Source of the DNA: Sulfolobus acidocaldarius DSM 639
GTDB taxonomy: Archaea; Thermoproteota; Thermoprotei_A; Sulfolobales; Sulfolobaceae
Assembly: GCF_000012285.1 (NCBI RefSeq)
Contig: NC_007181.1
Span: 210,001-242,000, forward strand
Direction: 5' to 3'
DNA: 32,000 bases
Positions 1 through 9,245 of this stretch are shown piece after piece. The position numbers and the translations under genes were made by a program. The number at the start of each line of letters is the position of its first letter. The first letter of the stretch is position 1. The notes below the pieces were generated by a model. The model had not been told where the DNA came from. It was given only the letters and a program-made list of their open reading frames with translations, and did not search any database.

Positions 1-2
1 AT

Positions 3-617
3 AGGAAAGATCCCATACCTGATGAAGTCTTAGCAAAAATTTTAATGGCTGCACACTTAGCACCATCTGTAGGTTTTTCTCAGCCGTGGAACTTCATAAT
101 TATCAGAGATATAGAAAAAAGGAAGAAGATAAAAGAGCTCGTCCAGAAGGAGAGGGAAAACTTTAGACAACAACTAAGTGAGGAGAGAAAAGAGATTTTT
201 GATAGGATAAAAATAGAGGCAATACTAGATACACCAATTAACATAGCAGTAACATGTGACCCACAAAGGTTTGGTCCTAATGTATTAGGTAGAAGTACTA
301 TGCCTTACTTATGTCAATATAGTACCGTTTTGGCGATCGAAAACCTATGGTTAGCATCTACTGCAGAAGGTATAGGAGTAGGTTGGGTAAGTTTCTTCCA
401 TAAAGAAGACGTAAAGAGAATTTTAAATATTCCTGATTCAGTGGACTTAGTAGCTTACCTCACGTTAGGTTATGTAACTCATTTTCCGGACAGACCTGAA
501 CTAGAGGAAAAGGGATGGCTCAAAAGGTTACCATTAGAGGATTTAGTATTTGAAGACGAATACGGAAAGAGACCATCAGATAACATGGTATTGGCAATCA
601 AGAACGTGAAACTTTGA
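3..617 (+). CDS. bluB: Nitroreductase-family protein, BluB-like (5,6-dimethylbenzimidazole synthase-like), 5' truncated by window edge
   Basis: ORF track starts at ATG 45, but the frame is open to base 3 and encodes [14 protein letters not shown] before [17 protein letters not shown], a typical nitroreductase/BluB N-terminal region. Later [21 protein letters not shown] and [18 protein letters not shown] also fit BluB. Confidence 0.75.
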   Translation, partial: RKDPIPDEVLAKILMAAHLAPSVGFSQPWNFIIIRDIEKRKKIKELVQKERENFRQQLSEERKEIFDRIKIEAILDTPINIAVTCDPQRFGPNVLGRSTMPYLCQYSTVLAIENLWLASTAEGIGVGWVSFFHKEDVKRILNIPDSVDLVAYLTLGYVTHFPDRPELEEKGWLKRLPLEDLVFEDEYGKRPSDNMVLAIKNVKL

Positions 618-737
618 CGAAAAGAGATTGAAAATCTGATTCATTTTCTATTTTACCCTTTAATTTTTATGGTGTAATGGAAATAAGTAGTTAGAGATGA
701 AGAACCAGTCATGGTTTTACATTAATCATAGATTGAC

Positions 738-971
738 TTAATTTGAGCTTTTCTTAAGCCTCTTAATAATTCTCAGTGTCATCTGACCAATTGAGAAGAC
801 AAGCAAAAATTCTACTGTATACACTATAACTGAATACAATAGGAGAAAAGGTATAGAAGTAGCTAATTCATATACTATCTGTCCATAAATGACTCTTATA
901 GCTTCTATTCCAATCCTTACATCTATAAATGTAAATAGGAGGGACAGTAGAGCGAAAATAACCAACTTCAT
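738..971 (-). CDS. Small hypothetical membrane protein (77 aa)
   Basis: ORF with several hydrophobic segments and a basic C-terminus; intergenic and not overlapped by another gene. Confidence 0.5.
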   Translation of the reverse strand: MKLVIFALLSLLFTFIDVRIGIEAIRVIYGQIVYELATSIPFLLLYSVIVYTVEFLLVFSIGQMTLRIIKRLKKSSN

Positions 972-1083
972 GCTTTTAGTATGGTTTAACCTTATAGATA
1001 AGCTTTACTTTTAGAAAGATCTTATTTTTTAAAAATGTATAAAGTGAAACTTTCGATGAATTACACTTATTCTACCAAAAGTG

Positions 1084-1569
1084 TTAAGAGGCTTTCTTCA
1101 GGTACGTTATAAGTCCACCAGTTATCAATATCTCTAATGGCATTCCTGAAATGCCCTTACCCTTCAATACTTTACTTCCGTTAACTACGATTTCCCCTGT
1201 CTCAACATTTACTCTTACTAGGTCACCCTGATTGATCTCTTTCGTAGCGTTCTGAAGTGTTATTACAGGTAGTCCGTTATTAATAGCGTTTCTGAAGAAA
1301 ATTCTGGCAAATGATTCTGCTATTATTGCCTTTACTCCCGCAGCCTTAAGAGCCATTGCAGCCTGTTCTCTGGAGGATCCCATTCCGAATACCTTCCCTG
1401 CTACAATTATCACTCCTGAAGAGGCTTTCTTATAGAACTCTGGATCTAATGGTTCCATCGCATGCTGGGCTAAATACTGTGGATCAGTATACTTTAGGTA
1501 CTTGGCGGGAATAATAATGTCTGTATCTATTTTGTCTCCAAATTTTAGGACTTTAGCTTCTATTATCAT
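1084..1569 (-). CDS. leuD: 3-isopropylmalate dehydratase / homoaconitase small subunit
   Basis: [56 protein letters not shown] are hallmark LeuD swivel-domain motifs; overlaps leuC by 1 nt. Confidence 0.93.
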   Translation of the reverse strand: MIIEAKVLKFGDKIDTDIIIPAKYLKYTDPQYLAQHAMEPLDPEFYKKASSGVIIVAGKVFGMGSSREQAAMALKAAGVKAIIAESFARIFFRNAINNGLPVITLQNATKEINQGDLVRVNVETGEIVVNGSKVLKGKGISGMPLEILITGGLITYLKKAS

Positions 1570-2813
1570 TATAATCTCCTCGGGTCAGTTATTTTACCTT
1601 CTAATGCGGTAGCCGCAGCCACTGCGGGTCCTGATAGATAGACTTTTGCGTCAGGACTTCCCATTCTTCCTTTGAAGTTTCTTGAACTTGTTGAGATTAT
1701 TGTCTCTCCTGGACCCGCTATACCAAAGTGTCCTCCTAAACATGGACCGCATGTCCCATAAGTTATTATAGCCCCAGCATCAGCTAACGTCTGCACATAA
1801 CCTAGCTCTAATGCTTTCTTGAACAGCTGATAAGAGGCTGGAATCACAATTGTTCTTGTTTTAACTTTCTTTCCTTTCAATATCTTAGCTGCCATCTCAA
1901 GATCGCTTATTCTTCCGTTGGTGCAAGATCCTATGAAAACTTGATCTACTGGTGTACCTTCTACCTCATTTACGCTCTTTACGTTATCTACACTATGAGG
2001 AGCAGCAACTAGAGGGTCTAATTTAGATAGATCAATATTATATTCATCAACATATTTTGCATCTGAATCAGGAGTCACCATCTGTGGCTCATATCCTCTA
2101 GCTGTCTTTATGTAGTTGAATGTTTCCTGGTCTGGAACAAACATCAATGCATCTGCATTCATTTCAATACCCATATTAGAGACTGTAGCTCTGAAGTCCA
2201 TTGGTACGGCTGAGGGCTCTTTCACGAAAATCTCAAGAGACATTCCGTTAAAGTAATCAGCCTTAAAGTCCCCTAAAATCTTAAGGGCTATATCCTTACC
2301 ATTTATCCATCTGGCTGGCTTTCCCTCCAGTGTTATCTTAAATGGCTGTGGAACCATTACCCATGTCTTTCCAGTTATAACTGCTGCTGCTACGTCACTT
2401 GCTCCTAAACCTTGCGCGAATGCCCCAACAGCACCTGATGTGCTGGTGTGACTATCTGCTGCTACTATAACCTGACCAGGATTAGCATACCTCTCGATCA
2501 TTATCTGGTGTAATATTCCTGAGTTTATATCATAGAAGTTAGGCACTGATGTTTTCTTTACGAAGTTTCTAATTTGCCCTTGAATTTCTGCACTCCTTAC
2601 ATCTGGGGGTGGTGCTAGGTGGTCGAAAGCTATAACTAACTTCTCTCTATCAAATACTTTGAGAGTTCCCACATCTTCCATTACTTCTATGACATGATAT
2701 CCAGTTAAATCATGAAATGCGACCAGATCTACTTTTATTTCTGTTACATCTCCTGGAGAGACATTTTTACCTGAAGCCCTACTTAATATTTTTTCCGTAA
2801 GAGTTTGTGGCAT
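1569..2813 (-). CDS. leuC: 3-isopropylmalate dehydratase / homoaconitase large subunit
   Basis: Aconitase motifs [41 protein letters not shown] and [14 protein letters not shown] (4Fe-4S cysteines). Confidence 0.94.
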
Positions 2814-2876
2814 TAGGTTTATTAGAAACTATAGTAGAAAATAAATATTACTTTAAAGATTAGTTCTAACTTAAAA

Positions 2877-3713
2877 CTATTTAGTCATTAAAAGATTCTT
2901 TTTCTTCTCCCTGCTCTTTTCTGCTATCTTTGATGCATAAGCTCCTCCAAAGTAAAGCATGGAGAGAATAATCCCTATGATAGTTTCAATTATACCGCCT
3001 GTAGTGCCAGGAGATATAATATACGCAACAATAAAGGATATTAGTACACCCCACCTCCAATTTTTAAACCATGTTGACGACTTTATCAATCCCACCAGGG
3101 TGAGCATATACATTATAAGAGGCATTTCAAATGCAATTCCTGTACCAGCCATTAATAGTATTATAGTACTTATATATGAGTTAAATCCTAGCGTAGGTTC
3201 AACTCCCAGTGAGACGTCAAGCCTATATATGAATATTAACATAAAGGGTAAAAGCATAAAGTAGGCGAATGCTGAGCCGGCTACAAATAATAGCATTCCT
3301 GGAGTTACTAACTTCCTAAAAGTCCTCTTTTCATGCTCATATAACCCCGGAGACACGAATGCCCAAAATTCCCTCAATAAAATGGGCAAAGAAGAGAAAA
3401 TTGATAAGTAGACCGAAACAGTTATTGTGGTCAGTAAAGCTTCAAATGGAGATAAGGTTATTAGGATCAAGTCTTTTGGAATTGGTCTCATTAAGACCAC
3501 TCTAGTGAATTGGACTGATATGCTGTCATATAATGTAGGATAAAGTATGGGTATAGAGTAAGTTCCGATTTTAATAGTTGTAATTCCAAATGTGGTGTAA
3601 ATTGTAAGGAAGACAAGAAATGAGATTATAACTCTCCTTGTTCTGCGTAATAACTCCCTTATATGCTCTATTAATGGTTGCTCTTTATCCTCCCTTGCCT
3701 TCTGATAACTCAT
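2877..3713 (-). CDS. tatC: Sec-independent (Tat) translocase subunit TatC
   Basis: IEHIRELLRRTRRVIISFL, SPFEALLTTITVSVYLSIFSSLPILLREFWAFVSPGLYEHEKR and GIAFEMPLIMYML are TatC signatures; multiple TM segments; clustered with TatA-like ORFs. Confidence 0.93.
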   Translation of the reverse strand: MSYQKAREDKEQPLIEHIRELLRRTRRVIISFLVFLTIYTTFGITTIKIGTYSIPILYPTLYDSISVQFTRVVLMRPIPKDLILITLSPFEALLTTITVSVYLSIFSSLPILLREFWAFVSPGLYEHEKRTFRKLVTPGMLLFVAGSAFAYFMLLPFMLIFIYRLDVSLGVEPTLGFNSYISTIILLMAGTGIAFEMPLIMYMLTLVGLIKSSTWFKNWRWGVLISFIVAYIISPGTTGGIIETIIGIILSMLYFGGAYASKIAEKSREKKKNLLMTK

Positions 3714-4068
3714 TGTCTACTCCTCTATTCTTCTTAAGCTCATTTAACTCTTTCTCAAGCTCCTTGATCCTCTGCTCAAGCATATCCATCTTATAGTCCT
3801 TAATACTGTAATTTACTGGTGTATCATTGGTTGTCTCATAATACATAGTTCTCGAAACTTCAGAAAGAGGTCTAACTATTTCCTCATTGCTTTGAGCAAT
3901 TTCATTGAATTCACGTTTTAGTTCATTTACAATCTCAGTCTGCTTTCTCCTTAATTCATTGTATGTCTTTACCACGTTTTTAATGGTGGATATAGAGTTT
4001 TTGTCACCTGCTAATAGAATTATACCTAACACAATTATGATCAAAAAACCATCTATTGAAGAAACCAA
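3685..4068 (-). CDS. Divergent TatA/TatB-like protein (127 aa)
   Basis: Single N-terminal hydrophobic segment (GFLIIIVLGIILLAG) followed by a long charged helical region; overlaps the tatC start and is adjacent to tatA. Confidence 0.65.
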   Translation of the reverse strand: MVSSIDGFLIIIVLGIILLAGDKNSISTIKNVVKTYNELRRKQTEIVNELKREFNEIAQSNEEIVRPLSEVSRTMYYETTNDTPVNYSIKDYKMDMLEQRIKELEKELNELKKNRGVDNELSEGKGG

Positions 4069-4095
4069 TAACTTTCACCATTATCAGCTCTGCTG

Positions 4096-4386
4096 TTAGC
4101 TCTGTCCACTCTGCTGTTTTTGTTTCTTTAACTCCTCTAACTCTCTCTGTAAATCTTGAATCTTCTTTTGAAGTTCTGCCTCTTTATCAACGGGTTGCTG
4201 AGCCTGTTGAGCTTGTTGCATTTGCATTAGCTCCATCTCAGCCTCCATCTTGCCTTTCTTGAATTCACCGACAGATTTCCCAAGTGATCTGAACAGCTCA
4301 GGAAGTTTTGTTGCTCCAAAGAACAGTATGGCAGCTACAATAAGCACAACTAACAATTGATCCCAGTTGCCAAACATATTTATCAT
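4096..4386 (-). CDS. tatA: Twin-arginine translocase subunit TatA
   Basis: QLLVVLIVAAILFFGATKLPELFRSLGKSVGEFKKG is the canonical TatA/E motif (FG, LPEL, G-x-F-K). Confidence 0.9.
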   Translation of the reverse strand: MINMFGNWDQLLVVLIVAAILFFGATKLPELFRSLGKSVGEFKKGKMEAEMELMQMQQAQQAQQPVDKEAELQKKIQDLQRELEELKKQKQQSGQS

Positions 4387-4549
4387 TATATATCTCGTTT
4401 CGCTATTTATAAACTTTTTTCACAATTAATTTATCGTTGTTCTTCAGCTAAAAGCTAACTGAGTTTGCAGGTAAGAAACTATCTTGCGCCTAAAGTTAAA
4501 TTATACAACGAGAATTTCTTTAGATACTATTAGATTTTGAAGAAAAGCT

Positions 4550-4557
4550 TTTAAATA
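4550..4557 (+). promoter_or_regulatory. Putative archaeal TATA box (TTTAAATA) for the ABC transporter operon
   Basis: TTTAAATA lies about 26 nt upstream of base 4580, placing the likely transcription start just before GGTGG (4583-4587) and TTG 4592. Confidence 0.55.
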
Positions 4558-4591
4558 CTTCAAGTTAAGAGACGGATTGGGCGGTGGTAAG

Positions 4592-5376
4592 TTGGAAGAA
4601 TCCTAGAGGGCATTAATCTAGGTTACGCTTATGTAGACGCAAACTTCGTATTCAGGAATGTGAATCTTGAGACTCATGAAAATGAGCTGGTCAGTATTGT
4701 GGGACCTTCAGGTATAGGTAAATCTACCCTTCTGAGAATATTAGGCGGATTTACACTCCCAACAGAAGGAGAGGTAAGGTTAGAGGGTAACAAGATCACT
4801 AAACCAACACCAAAGATATCCTTGATTCATCAATCCATAGTTACTTTTCCTTGGATGACAGCTCTCGATAATGTTAAGTTAGGGTTAAAATATAGGAAGT
4901 TACCTAAAGAGGAGGAAAATAAGATAGCTAAAAGAATGTTAGAGTTAGTTGGTCTATCAGGGTTCGAAAACTTCTATCCTAAACAACTAAGCGGGGGAAT
5001 GAGGCAGAGAGTAGCTATTGCCAGAGCACTAGTAGCCGATCCTCTTGTCCTTCTTATGGACGAGCCCTTCTCTCACTTAGATGAGTTAACCGCAGAAGGA
5101 CTGAGGCAAGAGATATATCAATTGTTATTCAGTGAGGAGGTCCCTTTAAAGTCCGTGGTTTTAGTTTCACATAATTTGAATGAGGTAGTCGAACTTGCAG
5201 ACAGGGTGTATATACTCAACGGTTTTCCCGCTACAGTAATAGGTGAGGTAAAGATCGAATTAGAAAGACCGAGGGATCCCAAGGATACAAAGTTTACTGA
5301 GTACGTTGATGTACTTTATAAACTCCTTAGTCCCAAAGCAAAGAAAGTTAGTGACTCCAAGGGTGAACTAATATGA
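4592..5376 (+). CDS. ABC transporter ATP-binding protein (NitT/TauT-like); true 5' end uncertain, possible -1 frameshift near 4603
   Basis: GPSGIGKSTLLRILGG (Walker A), LSGGMRQRVAIARALVADPLVLLMDEPF (signature/Walker B), LVSHNL. The ORF track starts at GTG 4660, but upstream in-frame sequence 4603-4659 encodes LEGINLGYAYVDANFVFRNV, resembling the N-terminal strands of ABC ATPases. Confidence 0.85.
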
Positions 5377-7004
5377 GTGTAATCTTAGAAACTGTAATTG
5401 CTACTCTATTTACTCTAGGTAGAGTATGGATAACTATTGCCCTATCCATCATCACCGGTTGGTTTTTAGGTTATCTGGCTATTAAGAGCCACGTGGTAGA
5501 GAATATATACGTGAGTCTCATTGAGATTTTTGAGTCGGTGCCCGTATTCAGTTTCTTACCTATAGTTCTTATATTCTTCGTGTTCACAATTGGGGGAAAT
5601 TTAGGTATTCAGTTAGCGGTTTTGTTTCTTGTATTCACCGCAGTAGTATGGAATATTTGGATGGGTATTTACCAAGCATATAAGACTATTCCCCAGGATA
5701 TGTTAGAGGTCTCTGAAAACTATAGATTTTCACTTATGGACAAATTCTCAAAGCTATACATACCCTACAGCATGCCACGCATTGCCTCAAACTTATTTCC
5801 GAGTTTCGTCAACGCTCTATTTTACATAACTGTGAGTGAAGTATTCAGCATAGGGAATTCACAGTATCAGGTTTTCGGAATTGGTTCTCTTATAAATTAC
5901 TTTGTGAATAATGGGCTGTACAATGACGCTCTTATCGGAATAGTCATTTTGATCATATGGGTTATAATATTTACTCTCGTATTGAGAGAGCTAGCTGAGT
6001 ATATCATTTCAAGATTCGGGCTAGATACTGAGATTAAAGTTAGAAAAAGAGGGAGGCTTAGTATTCGCTATTCCTCCAGGATAAGTAGTGGTCTCTCCAC
6101 AATAGTCAAGTTAGGAAAAGCTTTCACCATACCTGTTGCTAGAAGAAGTGTTAGACAAGTGAGAGTAGAGGAGGAAAAGGAAAGAAGTAGAGCGGCTAAT
6201 TTATGGAAATACGTAGGTATCTCAATATCCGTCTTAATCCTGTCATTTATTTTATATGGCTCTATCTCTGTCATAATATCAGTACCGTTAGCTACTTGGT
6301 CATATTTAGTATCTAACACTCCTTTTGCTTTACTTTCAATAGCTGTGGATTACATAAGGGTCGCAGTAGTTACTTTAATTTCATTACTGATCACAATCTT
6401 CCTAGGCTACTTTATAGTTGTACACAAGAGAATAGAGAGAGTAATACTACCACTAATTCAAATTGTTGCTGCAATTCCAGCCCCTGTCTATTTTCCGTTT
6501 CTTTATGCATTTTCCATATCTTTTATAAGCCATTTGTTCGGAGCGTTTACTAACGAGTTTTATGTTCTACTCCTTGGATTCTTATCTACCTTCTATTACT
6601 CATTTTTCAGCTACTACATAGGAGTTACCAGTATGCCTGTTCAGTTTTGGGAGATAATGAAAAATTACGAATTGTCATTTTGGCAGAAGCTTAGGCAAAT
6701 AATCTTACCTTCCACAATGCCCTATCTCATAACAGGGATAACTTCCACAGTAAATAGCACTTGGGGAGGCTTAGCCATAGCAGAGTATTGGCCAAATATC
6801 ACGCAAGATCACAATCTATATGTGAGGACGGGTTTAATGAAGGATATTGTCTTATTTACAAATCAAGGCGAAATTGCGTTAGCATCATGGTTTTCGTTGA
6901 TTTTTGCCATAGTAGTTGTTGTCTACTCTATTTTATTCACGAGAAAACTTATGGATTTAGCTAGGAAAAAATATATTGCTGAGGAAGGAGTTTATTTAGC
7001 ATAA
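5373..7004 (+). CDS. ABC transporter permease with two fused transmembrane modules
   Basis: Two repeated BPD_transp_1-like regions: residues near ITIALSIITGWFLGYLAI...SVPVFSFLPI, and near LISLLITIFLGYFIV...AAIPAPVYFPFLYA. ATGA overlap with the ATPase gene. Confidence 0.85.
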   Translation: MSVILETVIATLFTLGRVWITIALSIITGWFLGYLAIKSHVVENIYVSLIEIFESVPVFSFLPIVLIFFVFTIGGNLGIQLAVLFLVFTAVVWNIWMGIYQAYKTIPQDMLEVSENYRFSLMDKFSKLYIPYSMPRIASNLFPSFVNALFYITVSEVFSIGNSQYQVFGIGSLINYFVNNGLYNDALIGIVILIIWVIIFTLVLRELAEYIISRFGLDTEIKVRKRGRLSIRYSSRISSGLSTIVKLGKAFTIPVARRSVRQVRVEEEKERSRAANLWKYVGISISVLILSFILYGSISVIISVPLATWSYLVSNTPFALLSIAVDYIRVAVVTLISLLITIFLGYFIVVHKRIERVILPLIQIVAAIPAPVYFPFLYAFSISFISHLFGAFTNEFYVLLLGFLSTFYYSFFSYYIGVTSMPVQFWEIMKNYELSFWQKLRQIILPSTMPYLITGITSTVNSTWGGLAIAEYWPNITQDHNLYVRTGLMKDIVLFTNQGEIALASWFSLIFAIVVVVYSILFTRKLMDLARKKYIAEEGVYLA

Positions 7005-7030
7005 ACTTATTTCTTTCTAAGTACTCCTAA

Positions 7031-7093
7031 TTGTGAATGATGTGGAATCCGGGATCTGAGAATGATGACAAAAAGCGCGAGCGCTGATTATAA
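7031..7093 (+). ncRNA. C/D box guide sRNA (2'-O-methylation guide)
   Basis: C box ATGATGT 7037-7043; 12-nt guide GGAATCCGGGAT; D' box CTGA 7056-7059; 2-nt spacer; C' box ATGATGA 7062-7068; 15-nt guide CAAAAAGCGCGAGCG; D box CTGA 7084-7087; terminal stem TTGTGA (7031-7036) / TTATAA (7088-7093) pairs over 6 bp with two G-U wobbles. Intergenic. Confidence 0.8.
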
Positions 7094-7168
7094 TTTGATC
7101 TGTAATGAGAAAAATTGGATGTATAAATTTTTTATATCTGTTTATGCTTATATAACTTAGTTGATTTT

Positions 7169-8701
7169 ATGCCCCCGTTCGGAAAAGTCTTGGTCGCAAA
7201 TAGGGGAGAAATAGCAATAAGGGTAATGAAAGCCGTAAAGGAAATGGGAATGAAAGCAGTTGCAGTGTACTCAGAGGCTGACAAGAACTCTCTTCATGTC
7301 AAGTACGCTGATGAAGCCTACTATATAGGACCTTCTCCGGCAATTCAAAGCTACTTGAATATAGAGTCAATTATCAGCGTAGCTGAGAAAGCACATGTTG
7401 ATGCAGTTCATCCGGGTTATGGGTTCCTGTCTGAAAGGGCAGATTTCGCAGAAGCAGTGGAAAAGGCAGGGGTGGTGTTCATAGGACCTTCTCCCCATGC
7501 AATGAACTCCATTAAAAGTAAACTTGACGGAAAGAGACTTGCAAAGGCTTCTGGAGTTCCCATATCACCTGGTTCTGATGGACCAGTGGAGAATTTAGAT
7601 GAGGCTATTAAGATAGCAGATAGGATAGGCTACCCTATAATGGTGAAAGCAGCCTATGGAGGAGGAGGCACAGGTATAACTAAGGTAGATTCTCAAGAGC
7701 AACTTATTGAGGTTTGGGAGAGAAATAAGAGATTGGCATACCAGGCATTTGGAAAAGCTGACTTATATATAGAGAAAGCCGCAGTAAATCCTAGACACAT
7801 AGAGTTTCAACTCATAGGAGATAAATATGGCAATTATGTGGTTGCATGGGAGAGAGAATGCACGATACAGAGGAGAAATCAAAAACTAATTGAAGAAGCC
7901 CCCTCACCTGTAGTTAAGATGGAAGAGAGAGAAAGAATGTTTGAACCTATAATGAAATTTGGGCAACTAATAAGATATCACACCTTAGGTACATTCGAGA
8001 CAGTGTTCTCCGATGTAAGCAGAGAGTTTTACTTCCTTGAGTTAAACAAGAGGTTACAAGTTGAACATCCAATAACAGAGACCATATTCAGAATAGATCT
8101 AGTGAAATTACAGATAAGACTAGCTGCAGATGAACATTTACCCTTCACACAAGAGGAGTTGAATAAGAGGGTAAGAGGACACGCAATAGAATATAGAATT
8201 AACTCAGAGGATCCAATGAGTGATTTTTCGGGAAGTTCAGGAACTATTACCTATTACGAGGAGCCATCAGGACCTGGAGTTAGAGTAGACAGTGGAATCA
8301 CCTTAGGCAGTTATGTTCCACCTTTCTACGATTCATTAATAGCTAAGTTGATAGTTTACGGTGAAGATAGGATCTCAGCACTACAGTCAGGGCAAAGGGC
8401 TCTGAGCGATTTCAAAATTGGTGGTGTAAAAACGACAATAGAATTATATAAATGGATAACGAGAGAAGAAGATTTTGTAAATGCCAAATTTACTACCGCA
8501 TACATAAGTCAGAAAAGCAAGGAGTTTTTAGAATACCTGAAGAGAAAAGAGATGACTAAAGCTGTTATAGCATCAGTCATGTACAGTAAAGGATATGTTA
8601 AAAAGAGTGGTAACGGCAAAAAGGAGACAGTTTCAAACAATAAAAACAAATGGAAGACTTATGGAATAATGTCACAATCTTCATATAGGGTGTTGTGGTA
8701 A
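7169..8701 (+). CDS. accC: Biotin carboxylase subunit of archaeal acetyl/propionyl-CoA carboxylase
   Basis: FGKVLVANRGEIAIRVMKAVKEMG, VHPGYGFLSERADFAEA, KAAYGGGGTG, FLELNKRLQVEHPITE. Confidence 0.95.
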   Translation: MPPFGKVLVANRGEIAIRVMKAVKEMGMKAVAVYSEADKNSLHVKYADEAYYIGPSPAIQSYLNIESIISVAEKAHVDAVHPGYGFLSERADFAEAVEKAGVVFIGPSPHAMNSIKSKLDGKRLAKASGVPISPGSDGPVENLDEAIKIADRIGYPIMVKAAYGGGGTGITKVDSQEQLIEVWERNKRLAYQAFGKADLYIEKAAVNPRHIEFQLIGDKYGNYVVAWERECTIQRRNQKLIEEAPSPVVKMEERERMFEPIMKFGQLIRYHTLGTFETVFSDVSREFYFLELNKRLQVEHPITETIFRIDLVKLQIRLAADEHLPFTQEELNKRVRGHAIEYRINSEDPMSDFSGSSGTITYYEEPSGPGVRVDSGITLGSYVPPFYDSLIAKLIVYGEDRISALQSGQRALSDFKIGGVKTTIELYKWITREEDFVNAKFTTAYISQKSKEFLEYLKRKEMTKAVIASVMYSKGYVKKSGNGKKETVSNNKNKWKTYGIMSQSSYRVLW

Positions 8702-9204
8702 TGAAGATTATAAAAGTAGTTACAGATCAGGGAGATTCTTACACTTTTGCTACAGAGAAGAGGGATAATAAGGATTTAATGAAAGCGGAGGGAGCAGAAT
8801 TTGAGGTTGAATACCTGGGAGCTGGATGGAGAGAGGGAGAACATTTAGTAAAAGTCAATGGCGAAGTACATACTGTCTCCATAATTAATGGTCATTTAGT
8901 TATTGATAACGAGACGTTATTCAAAGTTGATAGGGTTATTGAGGAATCTCTAGGTGAAAAAGTGTCATTTGAGGAATTATTTAAGGGTAAGGAGGGAGAG
9001 ATCGTTTCACCTCTACAGGGTAGAATTGTCCAGATAAGGGTAAAGGAGGGAGATGCAGTAAATAAGGGTCAGCCCTTATTATCGATTGAGGCTATGAAGA
9101 GTGAAACAGTAATATCAGCACCTAAAGGAGGAGTTGTGAAAAAAGTTTTGATAAAACCTGGACAGGGCGTTAAGAAGGGAGACCTTCTCTTGATAATTGA
9201 ATAG
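8695..9204 (+). CDS. accB: Biotin carboxyl carrier protein subunit
   Basis: C-terminal biotinyl domain GRIVQIRVKEGDAVNKGQPLLSIEAMKSETVISAPKGGVVKKVLIKPGQGVKKGDLLLIIE; overlaps accC. Confidence 0.93.
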   Translation: MVMKIIKVVTDQGDSYTFATEKRDNKDLMKAEGAEFEVEYLGAGWREGEHLVKVNGEVHTVSIINGHLVIDNETLFKVDRVIEESLGEKVSFEELFKGKEGEIVSPLQGRIVQIRVKEGDAVNKGQPLLSIEAMKSETVISAPKGGVVKKVLIKPGQGVKKGDLLLIIE

Positions 9205-9245
9205 TTATGGGGTGAGGTCAAATTACATCTACATATGATAAAATA

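Noticed and set aside
2959-3264. + strand ORF antisense to tatC
   Set aside because: TatC motifs on the opposite strand explain the region; no independent motif.
4455-4475. TCAGCTAAAAGCTAACTGA imperfect palindrome upstream of the ABC operon
   Set aside because: Short, imperfect and common in AT-rich sequence; no supporting regulator context.
6068-6319. - strand ORF inside the ABC permease gene
   Set aside because: Antisense to the linker of a continuous coding permease; no recognisable motif.
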